Under the pieces are notes generated by a model. That model was given only the letters and a program-made list of their open reading frames with translations, did not search any database and had not been told where the DNA came from. Below, in pieces: positions 1 through 14,159 of a stretch of DNA of 64,000 nt. Origin of the DNA: Cenococcum geophilum (Eukaryota); the NCBI GenBank assembly GCA_050273025.1, contig CP158635.1, forward strand, positions 18,476,001 to 18,540,000, given 5' to 3'. The stretch's first letter is position 1. Every line of letters begins with the position of its first letter. Made by a program: the position numbers and the translations under genes.

Positions 1-2364
1 TTATTTATCTCCCTATACCTATAATTCCTCTTTCTTTATAAGCCTGGTAAATAGTTTAATATTCTTTAACTATTATGTTATAAACTTTTTATAGTAGTTA
101 TAAAACCCTAAAAATAACCTTAACTATATTATATTCCCTAGCTCCTACTAACTTACTATAGCTTTAATTTTCTTTAGGTCTATACTAATATAACTTAGTT
201 TAATAATAAATCTAATAAAATCGGTCTTCCTTATAAAGAACTTTTATTTCTTAATTACTACTAGCATCTATTCTTCCTTAGTTATTAAGTAAATAGGTAA
301 CTCGCCTACGGGTCGATAGCGATATAATAACAGAGGAAATGGCTAGAACTATTAGCCGCCTTAAATAACATAGTACTAGGACTAGATGGGATTTTAAATA
401 AGGCCTTAAAGACCTATGGACCACTTATAGCACCCTAGCTTACAGATATAGCTAGAGCATGCTTTGCTATAGGCTACTACCCGCAACTTAGAAGATCTAT
501 AACGACGGTTATTCTACGAAAAGAAGGTAAAGCAGATTACTTAATCCCAGGAAGCTACCGCCCTATTGCCCTAGAAAACACCCTTAGTAAGATCTTAAAA
601 AAGGTAATAGCGGACTACATAGTAGACATAGCTAAGGAACACGCCCTACTACTATAGAGCTAAATAGGGGTAAGAAAGAACCGCTTAACACTATTAGCAC
701 TTACGCTACTCGCTACCACTATTAAATCTGTATAGGCGATGCGAAGGGACTTTATAGTATTAATGCTTAGCCTAGATATTAGTGGCGCCTATAACAACGT
801 ACCCCACAAGCGTCTCCTATATATTTTTAGGGCAAAAGGCTTTCTAGAATGGATTATATAATTTATTTAAGGGCTTATAGGTTAGAAAGAAATATTACTA
901 GTCTTTAGCGGATACTAGAGCCCCCCTATTATAGTTGCAACAGGAATACCATAAGGATCACCCCTCTTACTTATACTCTTCCTTTTCTTTATAAGCAACC
1001 TGCTTAACTCCTTTAAGGAAGGGGCAACCTAGGGGATAGGCTTTGTTAATAATATAAACCTAATTATATACGGGCCAACAGCTATAAAGAATTGTAGAAT
1101 ACTAGAGAAAGCTTATAATACCTATATAGAATAGGCAAGACAATATAAAGTCCAATTCTTACTAGAGAAATACCAGCTAATCTATTTTATAAGAAAACGC
1201 AACTAATTTATAGATCTTTAGTATATAATTCGCATCTAAGGCTTTAGGGGTTAACTAGTTTAGGGCCTAAGGGTATTAGGAGTATAGGTAGATAGTAAGC
1301 TTTAGTAGAGCGTATATGCGGCGTAAGCGGCCTATAAGGGCTAAGTATAGTATATTACATTATTTAGGATCGTTAATTCTATATAGGGTCTATACTTCTA
1401 AAGGTCACACCTACTATATATAGCAGTTGTCTGGCTAACTATAACGTATAGGTCCAGTATTTAGGCCATTAGAGAATCTAAGAAAGGCCCCCCTAAGTCG
1501 CTCCTTAAACCACTCTAAAAGGTCTAAATAGCCTGCCTCTAAAGTATAACAGGCGGATATAAGCGAACGGCTATAGTACTGCTTAAGAAGGAAGCTAATA
1601 TTCCCCCCCTATAACTATATATTAAAGCCGCTATAATATAAAGGGTGCAAAATAAACGCAACTCTAATATTATAAAGTATATTAAGACACGCCTAAATAA
1701 ACTATAGAGGGACCCTAGGGCGCCCTATAGGAGAATAAACTAATAACCCTAAAGTAGGGAAGATATATTAGAGAAACAGGTAAAGAAAGTAGAAGAAGAA
1801 TAGTACTGCTTTAGGGCCTAGGCCAATATAAAGGAGAAAGGGAGACGCGTAAGAGGCCAGTAAAGATAATAGTAAGAGAGAGAAAGGAGTTAAAGTAAAG
1901 TATAAAAGAACGCTAGGAAACCATCTACCGTAATATAATACTAGTTAGACTAACGCTAGAGAGGTATATAGGAGTTAAAGGTATAGAGGCTAACTAAAGT
2001 AAGAGGAACCTAAGCTGTAGCATAGTTAATGCTATAGGGGGTAAATACTCTAGGGCTCTAAGAAGGCCTAACAAAGGTAGAAAAAATAATAGTAATACTC
2101 TTAAGAATAGAAATAATAGGACTAAAAGACTAGCTCTACTAGGTAAGTGTCCTAGTAGGTAGCCTAAGATATAAATATAGCTGGTTAAGACAGACACCAA
2201 AATATATAATACTATTATACCCCTTACGCATTAGCTAAAAAGTAATACTTTTAGTAGCTAGTATAGAGAACTATAATACACTACTTTTAATATAAAAAGG
2301 CCTTAAGGTAGTTACCTAGTGGCTTATTAGCTAAAATGTATTAAACCAGTTTTAGGTTATAAAG
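1..2364 (+). mobile_element. Tad1-like LINE (non-LTR retrotransposon), reverse transcriptase region, RIP-inactivated, 5' end outside window
   Basis: Positions ~370-620 translate to ACFAIGYYP...VILRKEGKADYLIPGSYRPIALENTLSKILKKVIA, and ~945-990 to TGIP*GSPLLLILFLFFI. These are fungal LINE RT motifs carrying many TAA/TAG stops from C>T and G>A changes. Confidence 0.9.
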
Positions 2365-2556
2365 TGTCACGGAACCCCACCGTAGGGGCCTCCATAGGAG
2401 AGCCCCGTGCTCTCGCATACACCTCGCGTACAGCTTATGTCAGCTACGCGTAGGTATATTACCTCCTTACGCCCTTAACCCTTACGATCGATCGCGTAAC
2501 GTCTTGTAGACTCCTCGAATACATACGTCTTGTAGCCACTACCCTATCCCGTGACA
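2365..2556 (+). repeat. 5' LTR of gypsy copy A
   Basis: 192 bp with TG...CA ends; repeated at 8516, 17608 and 25233. Confidence 0.95.
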
Positions 2557-5500
2557 TTACGTTACGCCTTTTTACCACTAATACCTAGCCTATAACTAAT
2601 TCTACGTCTCTATAATACTATAGGCGCTGCTAGAAGCAGCGTGCCTATAAGTTACCTTACTTTATACTTCTAAGGAACCTATAATAGTAAGATAATATTC
2701 CTTACTAGCCACTATATTAAACCTAAAGAATAATCCAATACCTATACTTAACCTATAACGCCAATTAATCCTAGGAAAATTTAATTTATTAGCCCTAGCC
2801 TTAACCCCTAAGGAGATGGACACCAACAATATCTTATCTTTTATTAACTATATAACTACGGATAAGTAAGCAGAAGGGCTACTACCTATTAAAATTAAAA
2901 TATAAAACGCTGAGACATTTGTAAAAATAGTAGCATAAGAACCCAATAAATACTACCGCCTTCTATAGAACTACTACCTAAAGCTTATATAAGCCGAGAT
3001 GCGTACTGCCTAAGATTAAGATATTATTTAAGACCTATAAGCTCGTAAGGCGCTCGCTAATAATACGCGTTAAAAAACCGAAGATAACCTCCGTGTGTTT
3101 AAACGCGACGTCTAACAGTTAAAGAAGGCTAAAATCGCACTTATTGCTACGGTTATTAAAAGAGAAGGCATAATTAAATACCTATAATTTTAGCTTAACG
3201 AGCACATTTATAATAACGCTAGACACCTCTCTACTATATATAACACCACTTAAGTTTTTACACCCCTAGCAACTTTACCTACTTAACGCTTAACAGAGGG
3301 TTAGCGCTAAGCAGCCTTACCTAACAGGAACCCCTACTAAAGCGATAATAAAAGCTATAACGACCGAACCTAAGCTACTACTATAGGGTCTAATATACGT
3401 TACCCTAATCCCCTAGTTTTTTAGGGAGACCGCAAAGAATATAGCTACTAGAAGATATAAATCCGCAAGAAACTAACTTAGAGCGCCTACCTTTTTCCTA
3501 TAGAAGATACTAAGATTAGCTATATTATCGGGCGAATAAAGGGTATACTATTTAATAGACTTTTCGCCCAATAGGAGATAAATAGCCCCCGAAAGTGGCA
3601 GTTCTACTAAGAAGTCCTTAACGATCTTAACCTAATATACCGCGACCACAACCTACTAGCTACCAACCAAGCTAAACTATATACCCTAAAAATGAGCCCT
3701 ATTAAATTATTTAACAAGTTCTATATTAAATTCCAGGAATATACTAAAGCCCTCGCCCAAGACAATACTAAAGACTAGGAAGATCTCCTTAAAAAAGTCA
3801 CTTATTACCTTAGTTATACAGCCGCCAGCCACAACTATAATAATGTTTATAATATAGTAGCAGCCATATAGAAGATTAAACGATAACTAAATTAGATCGC
3901 TACTGTAAACCCCTACCTAAAGACCTCCCTATAGAAGCCCTCCGGACCTACTAAACTACTAACGCCCACTACCCTAAGTAACACTACTGGTTCTAATATT
4001 AACCTTTTTATACTAACCTTTCCACAGAAGCTACTAAATAGAGAATATAAGCTACTTTAGAAGCTAAAGCGTTGCTATAGATATTGTTAAGAAGGCTATT
4101 ATAGCTATAGCCTAAACTGCCTAATAGTTAGGTTTAGTAGCCGCTGCCTAATACCTAACCTAGTACCTTAAACACCAAATACGTTACTATATACCACTAC
4201 CGTATAAAACAAAGACGCAGTAACAGCGGTAGAGTCGGATACGGAAACAGAAAACGCCAAGTCCTAGCCCTAAGTCATAGGTTAGGACGCCCTAATAATA
4301 AGGGGATTTATATATTAGCCTGCTTAATAGATAACTTAGTAAAGATAAATAGACGGAAACAGATAGTTTTACCTATAATAGAAACTACTACTAAAAAACA
4401 ATATAAAAGCCGTTCTATAATTAATTGCAGAGCTACTAATAAATTTATAGATACCTAATTTATGCGTACTTATAACCTACCTACCTTACCCCTTACTAAA
4501 GCCCGCGCCCTATAACTCGCTAACAGTAGTTATACCGTATAGAAGATTACCTATATGGCATAACTTCACCTAGATATAAATGGGCACCAGAAAGAACTCT
4601 AGGCCTATATTATACCACTTGCTAACTACCCTATTATCCTTAAAATAAACTAGCTTAAATAATATAACCCCACCATTAACTAGAAAAAGAGAGAAGTAAC
4701 CTTTAACTCTAAATACTATAGAGAGACCTACCTAGAATATAGCCTAGCCGCCTTTATTTACTCCCTAGGATACCAACCTAAGGAACCTCTTATTACCCTA
4801 CCTATAACTAACTGCCACTATGTAAGTGCCGCGGCCTTTTACCGTATAGCACGTAGGAAAGGCTAGACTATTACCGTAGCCTCCCGATTATAACTATATA
4901 AGCTTAATAAAGAATAGGACCACGTCCTCTATAGTAATAGAATAGATATAGTTAACCTCTTAGAAAACGATGCCCCCGTAGAACTCTATAGACTTTTACT
5001 TTTAGACTTTAAGAAGTTTATAAAGCTTAAAAAAGGACTTACTAATAAGGAACTCCGTAAGCTCCTCCCTAAGAGGTACTATGACTTTATTAATATATGC
5101 TTATAAAAGAGCGTAGATATACTCCCCCTATATTAACCTAATAACTATACCATTAATATTAAATAAGGAAAAACGCTACCCTATAAGAGACCCTACCTAA
5201 TATTAAAAAACGAACTTCTAGTTGTTAAAAAGTATATTAACAAACACCTTAATAAAGGGTTTATTCGCCCTAGCATATCCCTAGTAGCCGCCCCTATCCT
5301 CCTTACTAAGAAGCTAGGAGGAGGTATTTAATTCTACATTAACTATAGAGGACTTAACGCTATCACAATTAAGAACCAATACCCCGTACCGCTTATATAT
5401 AAGACTCTTAAGCGGCTTAGCTAAGCCAAAATCTATACTAAGCTTAATATTATCGCCGCCTTTAACCGCCTTTAAATACGAGAAGGTGATAAATAGAAAA

Positions 5501-8500
5501 CCGCATTCATATCGCGCTTTAGCTAATTTAAATATACTATTATGCCCTTTAGCGTATATAACGGCCTAGGCAGCTTCTAAAGTTATATTAATAACGCCTT
5601 ACGGGACTACCTTAATGACTTCTGCTCTGCGTACCTAGACGATATACTTATTTATAGCAATAACCCTTCTAAGTATACTAAGCACGTTTAAAAGGTCCTA
5701 TAGCGCCTTAGGGACGTAAGACTTTATATTAATTTAAAGAAGTATAAATTCTTAGTTATAGAAGTAAAATACCTTAAACTAATTATTACTACTAAGGGTG
5801 TCCGTATAGACCCTAAGAAGGTATATATAATTACCAAATAGCAAACCCCTAACTGCATTAAAGACGTATAAGCTTTCCTCGGTTTTGCTAACTTCTATTA
5901 AAAATTTATATACAACTTCTTGGGTGTTATAGCACTATTTATAGCAATAATATAAACGAAGGGCCTTTCTATAAAAGGAAGAAAAATATATCTATATTTT
6001 ATTTAGACGCCTAAATATAAGAAGGTGTTCTAAGACCTTAAAGATGCTTTTACTAAAGCACCTATTTTAGCTTACTTTATACCAGGATAATAACTCTATT
6101 TTAAAACTAACTCCTTAGACCATATTAACGTAGGCGTCCTTTTCTAGATAGGTAATAACGGTCTCCTCCACCTAGTCGCATTCTATTTATTTAAGCTTAC
6201 ACTATAAGAATGTAACTATAAGATCTATAATAAGGAACTTCTCGCGATTATATAAGCGTTTAAGGAATTCTAACCGGAACTTTCCTTAGCAGAACCTAAC
6301 TAGTTAACTAAAGTCCTTACAGATTATTGCAACCTTAAGTACTTTATAACTATAAAATAGCTAAACTAACGCCAAGTACGCTAGAACGAGTTCCTCTCTA
6401 GTTTTAACTTTAAAATTATATATAGGCTAGGAGTATAAGGTACTAAGTCTAATAGCCTAACACGCCGCTTATAAGACCTTCCTTAGTCTAAAGATAACCC
6501 CTATAATTAGTTCCAATAACAAACAATCCTAAAAGCACAGAATTTGGCCCTAGGTATACTACCTACGATAGAGCTAACTGTACCTTAGCTCTACACCATA
6601 GAATTAGAATTACCTCCTAAAATTAACAAGCTTATTACTACAGCATATAATACCTTTATTAACCCATTATTATATTAACTTATTGCCGCAAAGACCGCTA
6701 GCGCCCGTACACTACCGACTAAACTCTAAAGCTTAGGCTAAATTAATATAGCAGCCTTAGAAGTAAAAGAGAACAGGCTCTATTATAGAGGCCGTCTATT
6801 TATCCCTAACTTAGAAAATCTATAACGGCAATTAATCTAAATAGCCTACGACCTCCGATTAAGCGGCCACCTAGGCAAAGAAGGAACCTATAAGCTTCTT
6901 AGCCGATACTACTTTTGGCCTAAAATAATAGACTTAGTTAAACGCTTTATAGGCGCCTACTATAGTTATAAGCGCGTTAAGGCCTTTAATATAAAGTACT
7001 AAGGACTACTGCACCCTCTACTAGTACCCATACGACAATAGGCAGATATCGCTATAGATTTCGTTATTAACCTATTACCCTATAAGCGACATAGCCGTAC
7101 TTATAAGAACATCCTTATAATAATATGCCAACTTATAAAAGAGCGCCACTACGTCCTAACCAAAGGCGTAGCCGTTAGCAACGTTACTAACGCCTTTCTC
7201 CGCGAAATCTACCGATTATATGGGTTACCTAACTTAATTACGTCCGATTAAGGCATATAGTTTAGCTCTAATATATAGAGACAAATCTGCTAATACCTTG
7301 GTATCTTTATTAAGATGTCTATATCCTTTTACTACAAAACTACTAGGTAACCGGAAAACGCTAATGCTAGCATAAAAGCGTACCTATAACAGGTAGTTGC
7401 CTATAGTTAAGATAACTAGGTAGATTACCTCCTACTAGGTAAATTTATAGCGAATAACTACGTCTTAACTACTATAGGACTTACCCCATTCTTCGCGAAT
7501 AAGAGATATTACCCCTAATCCGGTATAGAACCACCAGAACCTATTAATAAGAAACTGCTATATAGAAAACGCCTTAAGATGCTACTTGCCGACTAGTATA
7601 CAGACCATATAAAAAATCTACTTAACTACTATAAGGGAGAAATGGCCTGGGCTTAAGCAAAGTAGGCCTACTTTGCCGACCGTTATAGAACGCCACTACT
7701 GGAGATGCGTGTTAGCGACTAGGTATAGCTAGATGCACGTAATATCTCTACGTAAAGGCCTATAAAGTCACTTAATTATAAGAACCTTAGCCCCTACCTA
7801 ATTAAACGAGTTATTAATAGGGGAGCCGCATACAAGCTAGAGCTCCCGTCTACCCTAGCTACCCGCGGGATATGGCCTATATTTTACCTATAGTTACTAT
7901 ACCTTTACCAGCCTAACCCCTTACTGGGGTAGATATAGCCTAAACCCCTACTAGTATTAATCCAAAATAAGAACGAAGACAAGAACCACGAGGAGTGGAC
8001 CGTTAAACGAATTATTAACTCTAAATACTTTAGCAAAGGCATAGGACGACGGCTTTACTACAGAGCTATATACATAGGATTTAACATAAATTAGCTAGAA
8101 TGGCAACTATAGAAAGACTTTAAAAATACAAAGGATCTAATTAGCGACTTTTACTACACGAACCTATAGAAACCGGGCCTAAGCAAAGATTTTATACCTA
8201 ATCCTCTATAGGAGCCCTTATAGAGTTAAACCGTTATATATTACCACGTAGGGGCAAATTACCATTAAATTGCCGTCAGATTGCGGTAAAGTGCGATTAC
8301 GTAACCGGAATATCGTTAAGATATCTAGGAACTTCGACCGGCGGTTAAAGTTATCTAATTGGTCGGATTCTTAGATGCCAAGCCTTATTACATAACATTG
8401 TTTTAAGCCTTTAGCGATACCCCCCTTTCTTCTTTTCTATACCCTAAGTGTCCCTTTTATATATATATAGTAACCACAGCGTTACCAGAGCTCCGCCTCT

Positions 8501-8515
8501 ATAGAAGGGGGGTAG

Positions 8516-8707
8516 TGTTATAGAACCCCACCGCAGGGGCCTCCATAGGAGAGCCCCGTGCTTTTATATACACCTCGCGTATAGCTTATATCAGCTACGC
8601 GTAGGTATATCACCTCCTTACGCCCTTAACCCTTACGATTGATCGCGTAACGTCTTATAGACTCCTTGAATATATACGTTTTATAGCCACTGCCCCGTCC
8701 CGTAATA
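8516..8707 (+). repeat. 3' LTR of gypsy copy A
   Basis: Direct repeat of 2365-2556 differing mainly by RIP-type transitions; followed by the TSD TAAAG. Confidence 0.95.
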
Positions 8708-8712
8708 TAAAG

Positions 8713-9058
8713 GAAATAGTAATAAAGGGCGGAAGGGTAAGTAATGGGCGCCCCCTAATAACTCTATAGTAGTAGAGTAAAGTTTATAATACTAGTGCGT
8801 CTATAGGCTTATTACGGCAGCAGTAGTTCTTAAAGAGGTTAAAAAGTAAGGTAGTAGGAGCACTATAGGTAACTTATAGGCGCCTTATAGGCGCCTTATA
8901 GGCAAGTCCTAAAAGGTAGGGAGATAGATTATAGGGTTTTCTTAAATAGAGTTTTCTCCCTATATGTATATAAGGAGTAGTCCGCGTAGGCCTAATAGGG
9001 ATCTAAATCGGACGTTAAGTAATGAATTATTATTATTAAGTAAATATTATTATTATTA
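8713..9058 (+). mobile_element. 3' end of the Tad1-like LINE with a (TTA)n tail
   Basis: Sequence resumes after the gypsy TSD and ends in aatgaattattattatta, directly against a minus-strand gypsy RT. Confidence 0.65.
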
Positions 9059-12000
9059 AGGTATACTATAACAAATTCATTAAGGTGTTCTCCTAATACC
9101 CTGTTAATTCTTTTCTAAAATATTATTAGTGTATTTATTAACCCGAATTATATTACTAATGGTTTATATAGTCCTTCTCTTAACCTAAAGGCTACCTTTT
9201 ATTTATCGCCTTCCTTAATTCTAATCTAATGGTACGCCTATCTTAGATCTATCTTTATAAAAATTTATATATTACCTATCTAGTCCTAGATTTCGCTAAT
9301 TAAGGGTTAAAGATACTAATCCTTTTAAGTAATGCTATTTAACTGCCTATAGTTGATATATAGTCTAAGTTTTCCATTCTTCTTTAGTATAAATAATACT
9401 AGATAGCCTACTAATAACTATAATAGTCTAATATAACCTTTTTATAAGTTCTCCTAAATAAACTCTTTAAGTGCTCCTGCCTCTTTTTAAGTAAGCTTAT
9501 AGGTTAGAAAGAACCTTAGACTTATTTCTAGTTCTACCTCTATTTTATAATCCTATACTACGTAATTTACTAGCTTTTTACTTTCTAGGCTCTATAGCTT
9601 CTTACTATACTTATAGTATCTTTTTAGTATATAACTTAAGCCTTGCTTAGTCTCTTTATATATTGCTTTAACTTAGTACTATACTAACTTAGTTTGCTAT
9701 TATATCTTATGTTATTAAGTATCTTTAATATTAACCTAATCTATAATCTAATCGATCTTTAGATTATATTCTTATAACTAAGGTATTTCTAGTACTACCT
9801 TATCCCGTCCTAATAGTAGGATATTAAAAGATATCTCGATTTGTCTTCCCTTAATAGTTATCTAAATAGGTCCTATTTTAAGGTTAATAATCCCTCCTCC
9901 GTAGGCTTTAAATATTCTAAAATTATAACTAATAGGCAAGGTTGCTCCTTTTATCTATAAGGTAATCCTATTCTCTTAACTACTGCTAGTAAGATATAGT
10001 TTTGCGTTACTCCACTATCTATTAGTGCTTTAAACTGCTAATCTTACTAATTAACTTATAAATTTAAGTATTGTCCTTAAATTCCTTTAAGAGTTTAAGG
10101 GTTTACTACTAGCTCCCTTTAGTCTTATAGGCCTCTACTTTTTTTTAACTATTAGCTGTTTAATCCTATTATACTTAGCTTACTCTTTAGCTAATACTTA
10201 GTTCGCTTTTTATTCTTAATATACTATAGATATATATTTTCTAGACATTCCTACTACTATTATTTATCTAAGTATTCTTCCATAAGAAATCTTCCTGGTT
10301 AAAGTATTAAGTCTCCTAACTCTTAAACTTCTATTAGATACCATCTATATATACTTAGCATTTTTATACTATTGCTCTTTTAGCGCCTAATATATCCTTA
10401 TAGGGTACTTCTAATTCATTTCTTTTAGATTTTTATACATTTTATATATATTGTCCATATATACAATCTATAATAGCGTATAATATACTAGGTGCTTTAG
10501 GTTAACTCTTAGTTTATCTTTATCCTTAAGTTTAAACCTTTATTATATTAATCTAAACATTATAACTTTGTTTATAGGTACTAAGATACGCCTTTTACTT
10601 CTCTAGTCCTCTAATCATTCCTTTAAATCCTTTAATATTATAATTAAGGCTTCTTTAATATAAGTTATAGCCTTCTCTATAATAGGGTAGATCTAGATAA
10701 CTTATTTATCTAACTATATATAAAAATCTTCCCACTTATCATTATGCCTTTACCTATACTACTTTTAGTATAGCTGCTAAAGTATATACAGCTTATCCAT
10801 AAGGAAGTATCTTCTTATTACTATATTATAACAGCCCTTTATATATCGTTCTTTAAACCTAATAGGGATCCCTAAATCCTCTTTATCTTCTAGTTTAGTA
10901 AGCTACTTAGCTCTTAGCATGCCTACCTTAGGCCTATTAGTAATTCTTTATATAGGTGCTTTATCCCTTATATAACTTAGCATATTAGTTCTTTAATCTA
11001 GTTTCTGTTCTTACTATATAAGGATTTTTTATCTAAATTCCTCCCTAGTTTCTTTTAGTTTGCGTCTTATAAGTAGATCCTTAAAGTCTCTTTACTTCTT
11101 AATTATGGTATTAACATTTTAATCCTATTACTAAGCCTTACTTACAATTTCTTTAATAGTCTTTATTCTATTACTAAAATCTTAGTCCTATAGGATTTTT
11201 AATCCTAAGCTTACTTCTTTCTTAAGTTTAGCTCTAGCCTTAGTCTAACTAGGCTTCTTTAGTATTCTTATCTTGTCTTAAGAGTCTTATGCCTTTAGGA
11301 AACTTCATCCTAAGCTTATTTATATATTACTAAACTAAGCCGTTGCTCTACTCTATTGGTTATCGTCTATTATAGGTCTTTAAGCTTACCTTATCTTATC
11401 TTAAGAATCTTAGTTATCTCTTATCTCTTTCTAAGAATCTTAAGCCTATAGCCTTACCTTTATTAAGTATTAAAGTAGTTCACTATCCTACTTCTCTTAC
11501 GTCTTATAAAGCAATAGACATTGTATCTAGTGGGGTCTTAATCCCTACTAATGTTCCCTATTTTATAGTGGAATTATTCTCTACCTCTTATATAATATCT
11601 CTAAGGTCTATATACTTCTAGTAAGCTACTTTAGTCGCCTTATTATTACTAAATATTTCGCCTATATTAAATTTATCGTTCTTAATATCCGATCTATAAA
11701 CTAGTTTATTAGTTCCTTTAAACTTTAATAATTTTAGCTCCTGTGGCTAATAGCTTACGCTATACTTAGCGTCCTTATAAATTTAGTATACGTTATTATA
11801 ATAAAACGTAAAACTTTTAATTAAATATTCTTTTGTTCCTTATAGCATATTGTTGTCCCTTTATATATATATATTGCCTACTAGTCTTATTCCCTTTACT
11901 ATATAGTAACTCTAACCACTTTTATAGTTTTTAACGTAATAACCCTATTTTTTATAATTTATATAAGCTCCTTCTTTAAACTATTTTTCTTACTATAGAG

Positions 12001-12442
12001 TCCGCCTAAACGTCTTCTGCTACTAAGATCCCTAGTTTAGCCTCTACTTCTTAAACCTTTAATTACTTAATTCTTATTCTCTGGGTTTTTATAGTCGCTT
12101 ATTCCATTTCTTATTTTCTTTAGTACTACTTAGGTCTATTAGCTCTGCGCTATACTATAATTTCTAATTTTAACTTTATTATTATATGCTCTGCGCCTTA
12201 TATAACTATAGAACTCTATACTAACCCTTCTTAGTCTGCTCTCTTTAGTAGATCCTATTATTAATCTTAATTACTTAATTAATTAAATCTCTAAGAGCAT
12301 CCGCATCTTTTATTAGGATAATTATATTCTAGACTTTTACTTTAAGTCCTTATTTATACTATACTATAAGCGCTTTATTATTCTATTTAACCTATATTGC
12401 TAACGTTTAAAACTATATTATATATTTAATTACTAAAGTCCT

Positions 12443-12774
12443 ATTAGGCCATAGAGACGCACTAGCCGTAACCAGCTTAGCGCAGGCGAGGCGTAAGCGA
12501 GGCGCCTATAAAACATAGTCGCCCCGTCTTAAAGAACAGCAAAATTCAGTTTTATAGTTCTGCTTTATTAAGAACCAGATACTCCTTACATCCCGCCGCT
12601 GTTGTTATATTGCTATCCCTTGACCCGGTGGCGTCCTGAGAGGATATGGCCCGTATATAAACCTTAGGAACACCAAACAAATCTAGCTTTTTAATTGGCC
12701 AGTTCCTTATCGATAACTACAGGACGAATTCCACCGTGTTAAGGGATATACTCTTAGGGCCTTAGCGTCCTAGC
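12443..12774. mobile_element. 332-bp unclassified insertion with a 7-bp TSD, inside gypsy gag
   Basis: Flanked by AAGTCCT at 12436-12442 and 12775-12781. Removing it restores the gag frame (de-RIPped ...LQNLVQRTSAIEYTTQFQ...). It has no TG/CA ends and no terminal inverted repeats. Confidence 0.8.
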
Positions 12775-13354
12775 AAGTCCTTTATACTAGGTTTTAAAGC
12801 TTTTTTTTTACCGTAGTAATTACCTCTAGGTCTCTAAATATTTGCGTTAATTGTTCTATAAACCCGTTTTAACTTAAGAATATATACTATACCTTTTAGT
12901 TAATAGTCGTTATGCCGTACTCCTATACCTCCATAAAGTAAGGCTTAAACTACTTAAGTGCCCTTCCCGTTAAGAATAATTCTGTGTAAGCGACTTAATC
13001 TATAGGCGTTCCTAGTAGCTTTACTCCTTCCTATATAACCTTAAAGTGTGTTTATATAAGAAATCCCTTAAGCTTTAACTTCTCTCCTAAGAATTGCTTA
13101 ATTAAGGGTAGCTTAACCTTAGCTACTCTAATCCTATTAATCCTTTTTTTAAGTATCCTATTATTATCTATTAATTAATTAACTATTTTCTATAGCTATC
13201 TAATAGTAACTAGTTGCGAGTTAGTATTTACTATACTAGTGTTATTACCTAATCCTAATGTAGTCACCGCTGTAGACGCCATTATAGCTACTACTTTTAG
13301 TAGTATATTGTTTAACTTCCTTTACCGTAACCTTAGTAGTAAATATATAACAAA

Positions 13355-13559
13355 TGTTACGGCCCTGATGCGTAACTTGGATAGGGGGCTTAGTTAGGGT
13401 TCGGCCAAAGGCTTGGCTCCCCCTTATATATAGACGTGTCCTCACCGCCATCTTCTTCTTCTCCTTATCTTAATATCCTCGTTAATAGACAACCCAATTG
13501 TACAGGCTTGCATACGTTCATTACGGCGCTCGTGCCTTAATTGACCCGTCACTATAACA
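13355..13559. mobile_element. Solo LTR, third family
   Basis: 205 bp, TGTTAC...TAACA, with the perfect 5-bp TSD ACAAA at 13350-13354 and 13560-13564. Less RIP-mutated than its host. Confidence 0.9.
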
Positions 13560-14159
13560 ACAAAGCCTTATAGGAAATACTACAGTGGACTTATTAATAG
13601 GCTAGGTATATAGGTATAGAATAGTTAACAATATAAGTATAACTGGTGGAGTGGTTACCTAACAAATTAACTCTAATTATATTCTGAGATTTACTATAAA
13701 GAGAAGAACTATCTAGGTAGGGACTATAGTCCTTTAAATACACAACCGTACTCCTAAGAAATTCTCCTTATATATAAGGTACGTAAATTCCTCCCGTTCC
13801 TCTTATTTAATATATAGCACGTTATATAACCTTAGTTGCTATCCTTCATTATATAGTTCTACTATTTCCATTTTAGACCGTGCCTTAATTAACCAACTAG
13901 CTGCTTTTAACTCCTCTCCTAGTAGTTATAATATTGTACTTAAAGCGTCTGTAATATTCTAAACTTATAATATAACTAGCTATATAACTTAGCTACCCCT
14001 TATTTTATAGCTTAATTGGTTTTAGTGCCCTTTATACTATTTTAACTAACCTATTTATATCTCTTCTTAGTAGTTCTACTACTGCTAATATAATAATTGG
14101 CTAATTAAATTAATTAATATTGGCGAGTATTAGTAAGTATTGGCTATATTTATAATATT

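Larger units (their letters stand above)
2365..8707 (+). mobile_element. Full-length Ty3/gypsy chromovirus, copy A, RIP-inactivated, inserted into the LINE
   Basis: LTRs at 2365-2556 (TGTCAC...GTGACA) and 8516-8707. The 5-bp TSD TAAAG lies at 2360-2364 and 8708-8712, and a polypurine tract precedes the 3' LTR. Gag spans ~2750-4265, followed by protease (IDCGA-like, ~4420), RT YLDD (~5632), RNase H, integrase and a chromodomain (EEWTV.RII.S...EWQ, ~7990-8160). Confidence 0.95.
9059..13960 (-). mobile_element. Second-family Ty3/gypsy element (gag, protease, N-terminal RT), RIP-inactivated, interrupted at the RT YLDD region by the LINE
   Basis: The minus strand gives RT KIDLR*AYH*IRIKEGDK*KVAF...GEHLNEFVIVY (~9060-9260), protease KALIDSG (~10010-10035) and gag LFLTGRALK*FKPY (~12940-12985). 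A FCYDDAC..H..AKYG-like gag motif lies at ~11720-11810. The LTR is probably near 13680-13960, with uncertain edges. Confidence 0.85.

Noticed and set aside
12630..12670. Hammerhead ribozyme core in the 332-bp insert
   Set aside because: ctgagag does not match CUGANGA, and no properly placed GAAA with flanking stems was found.
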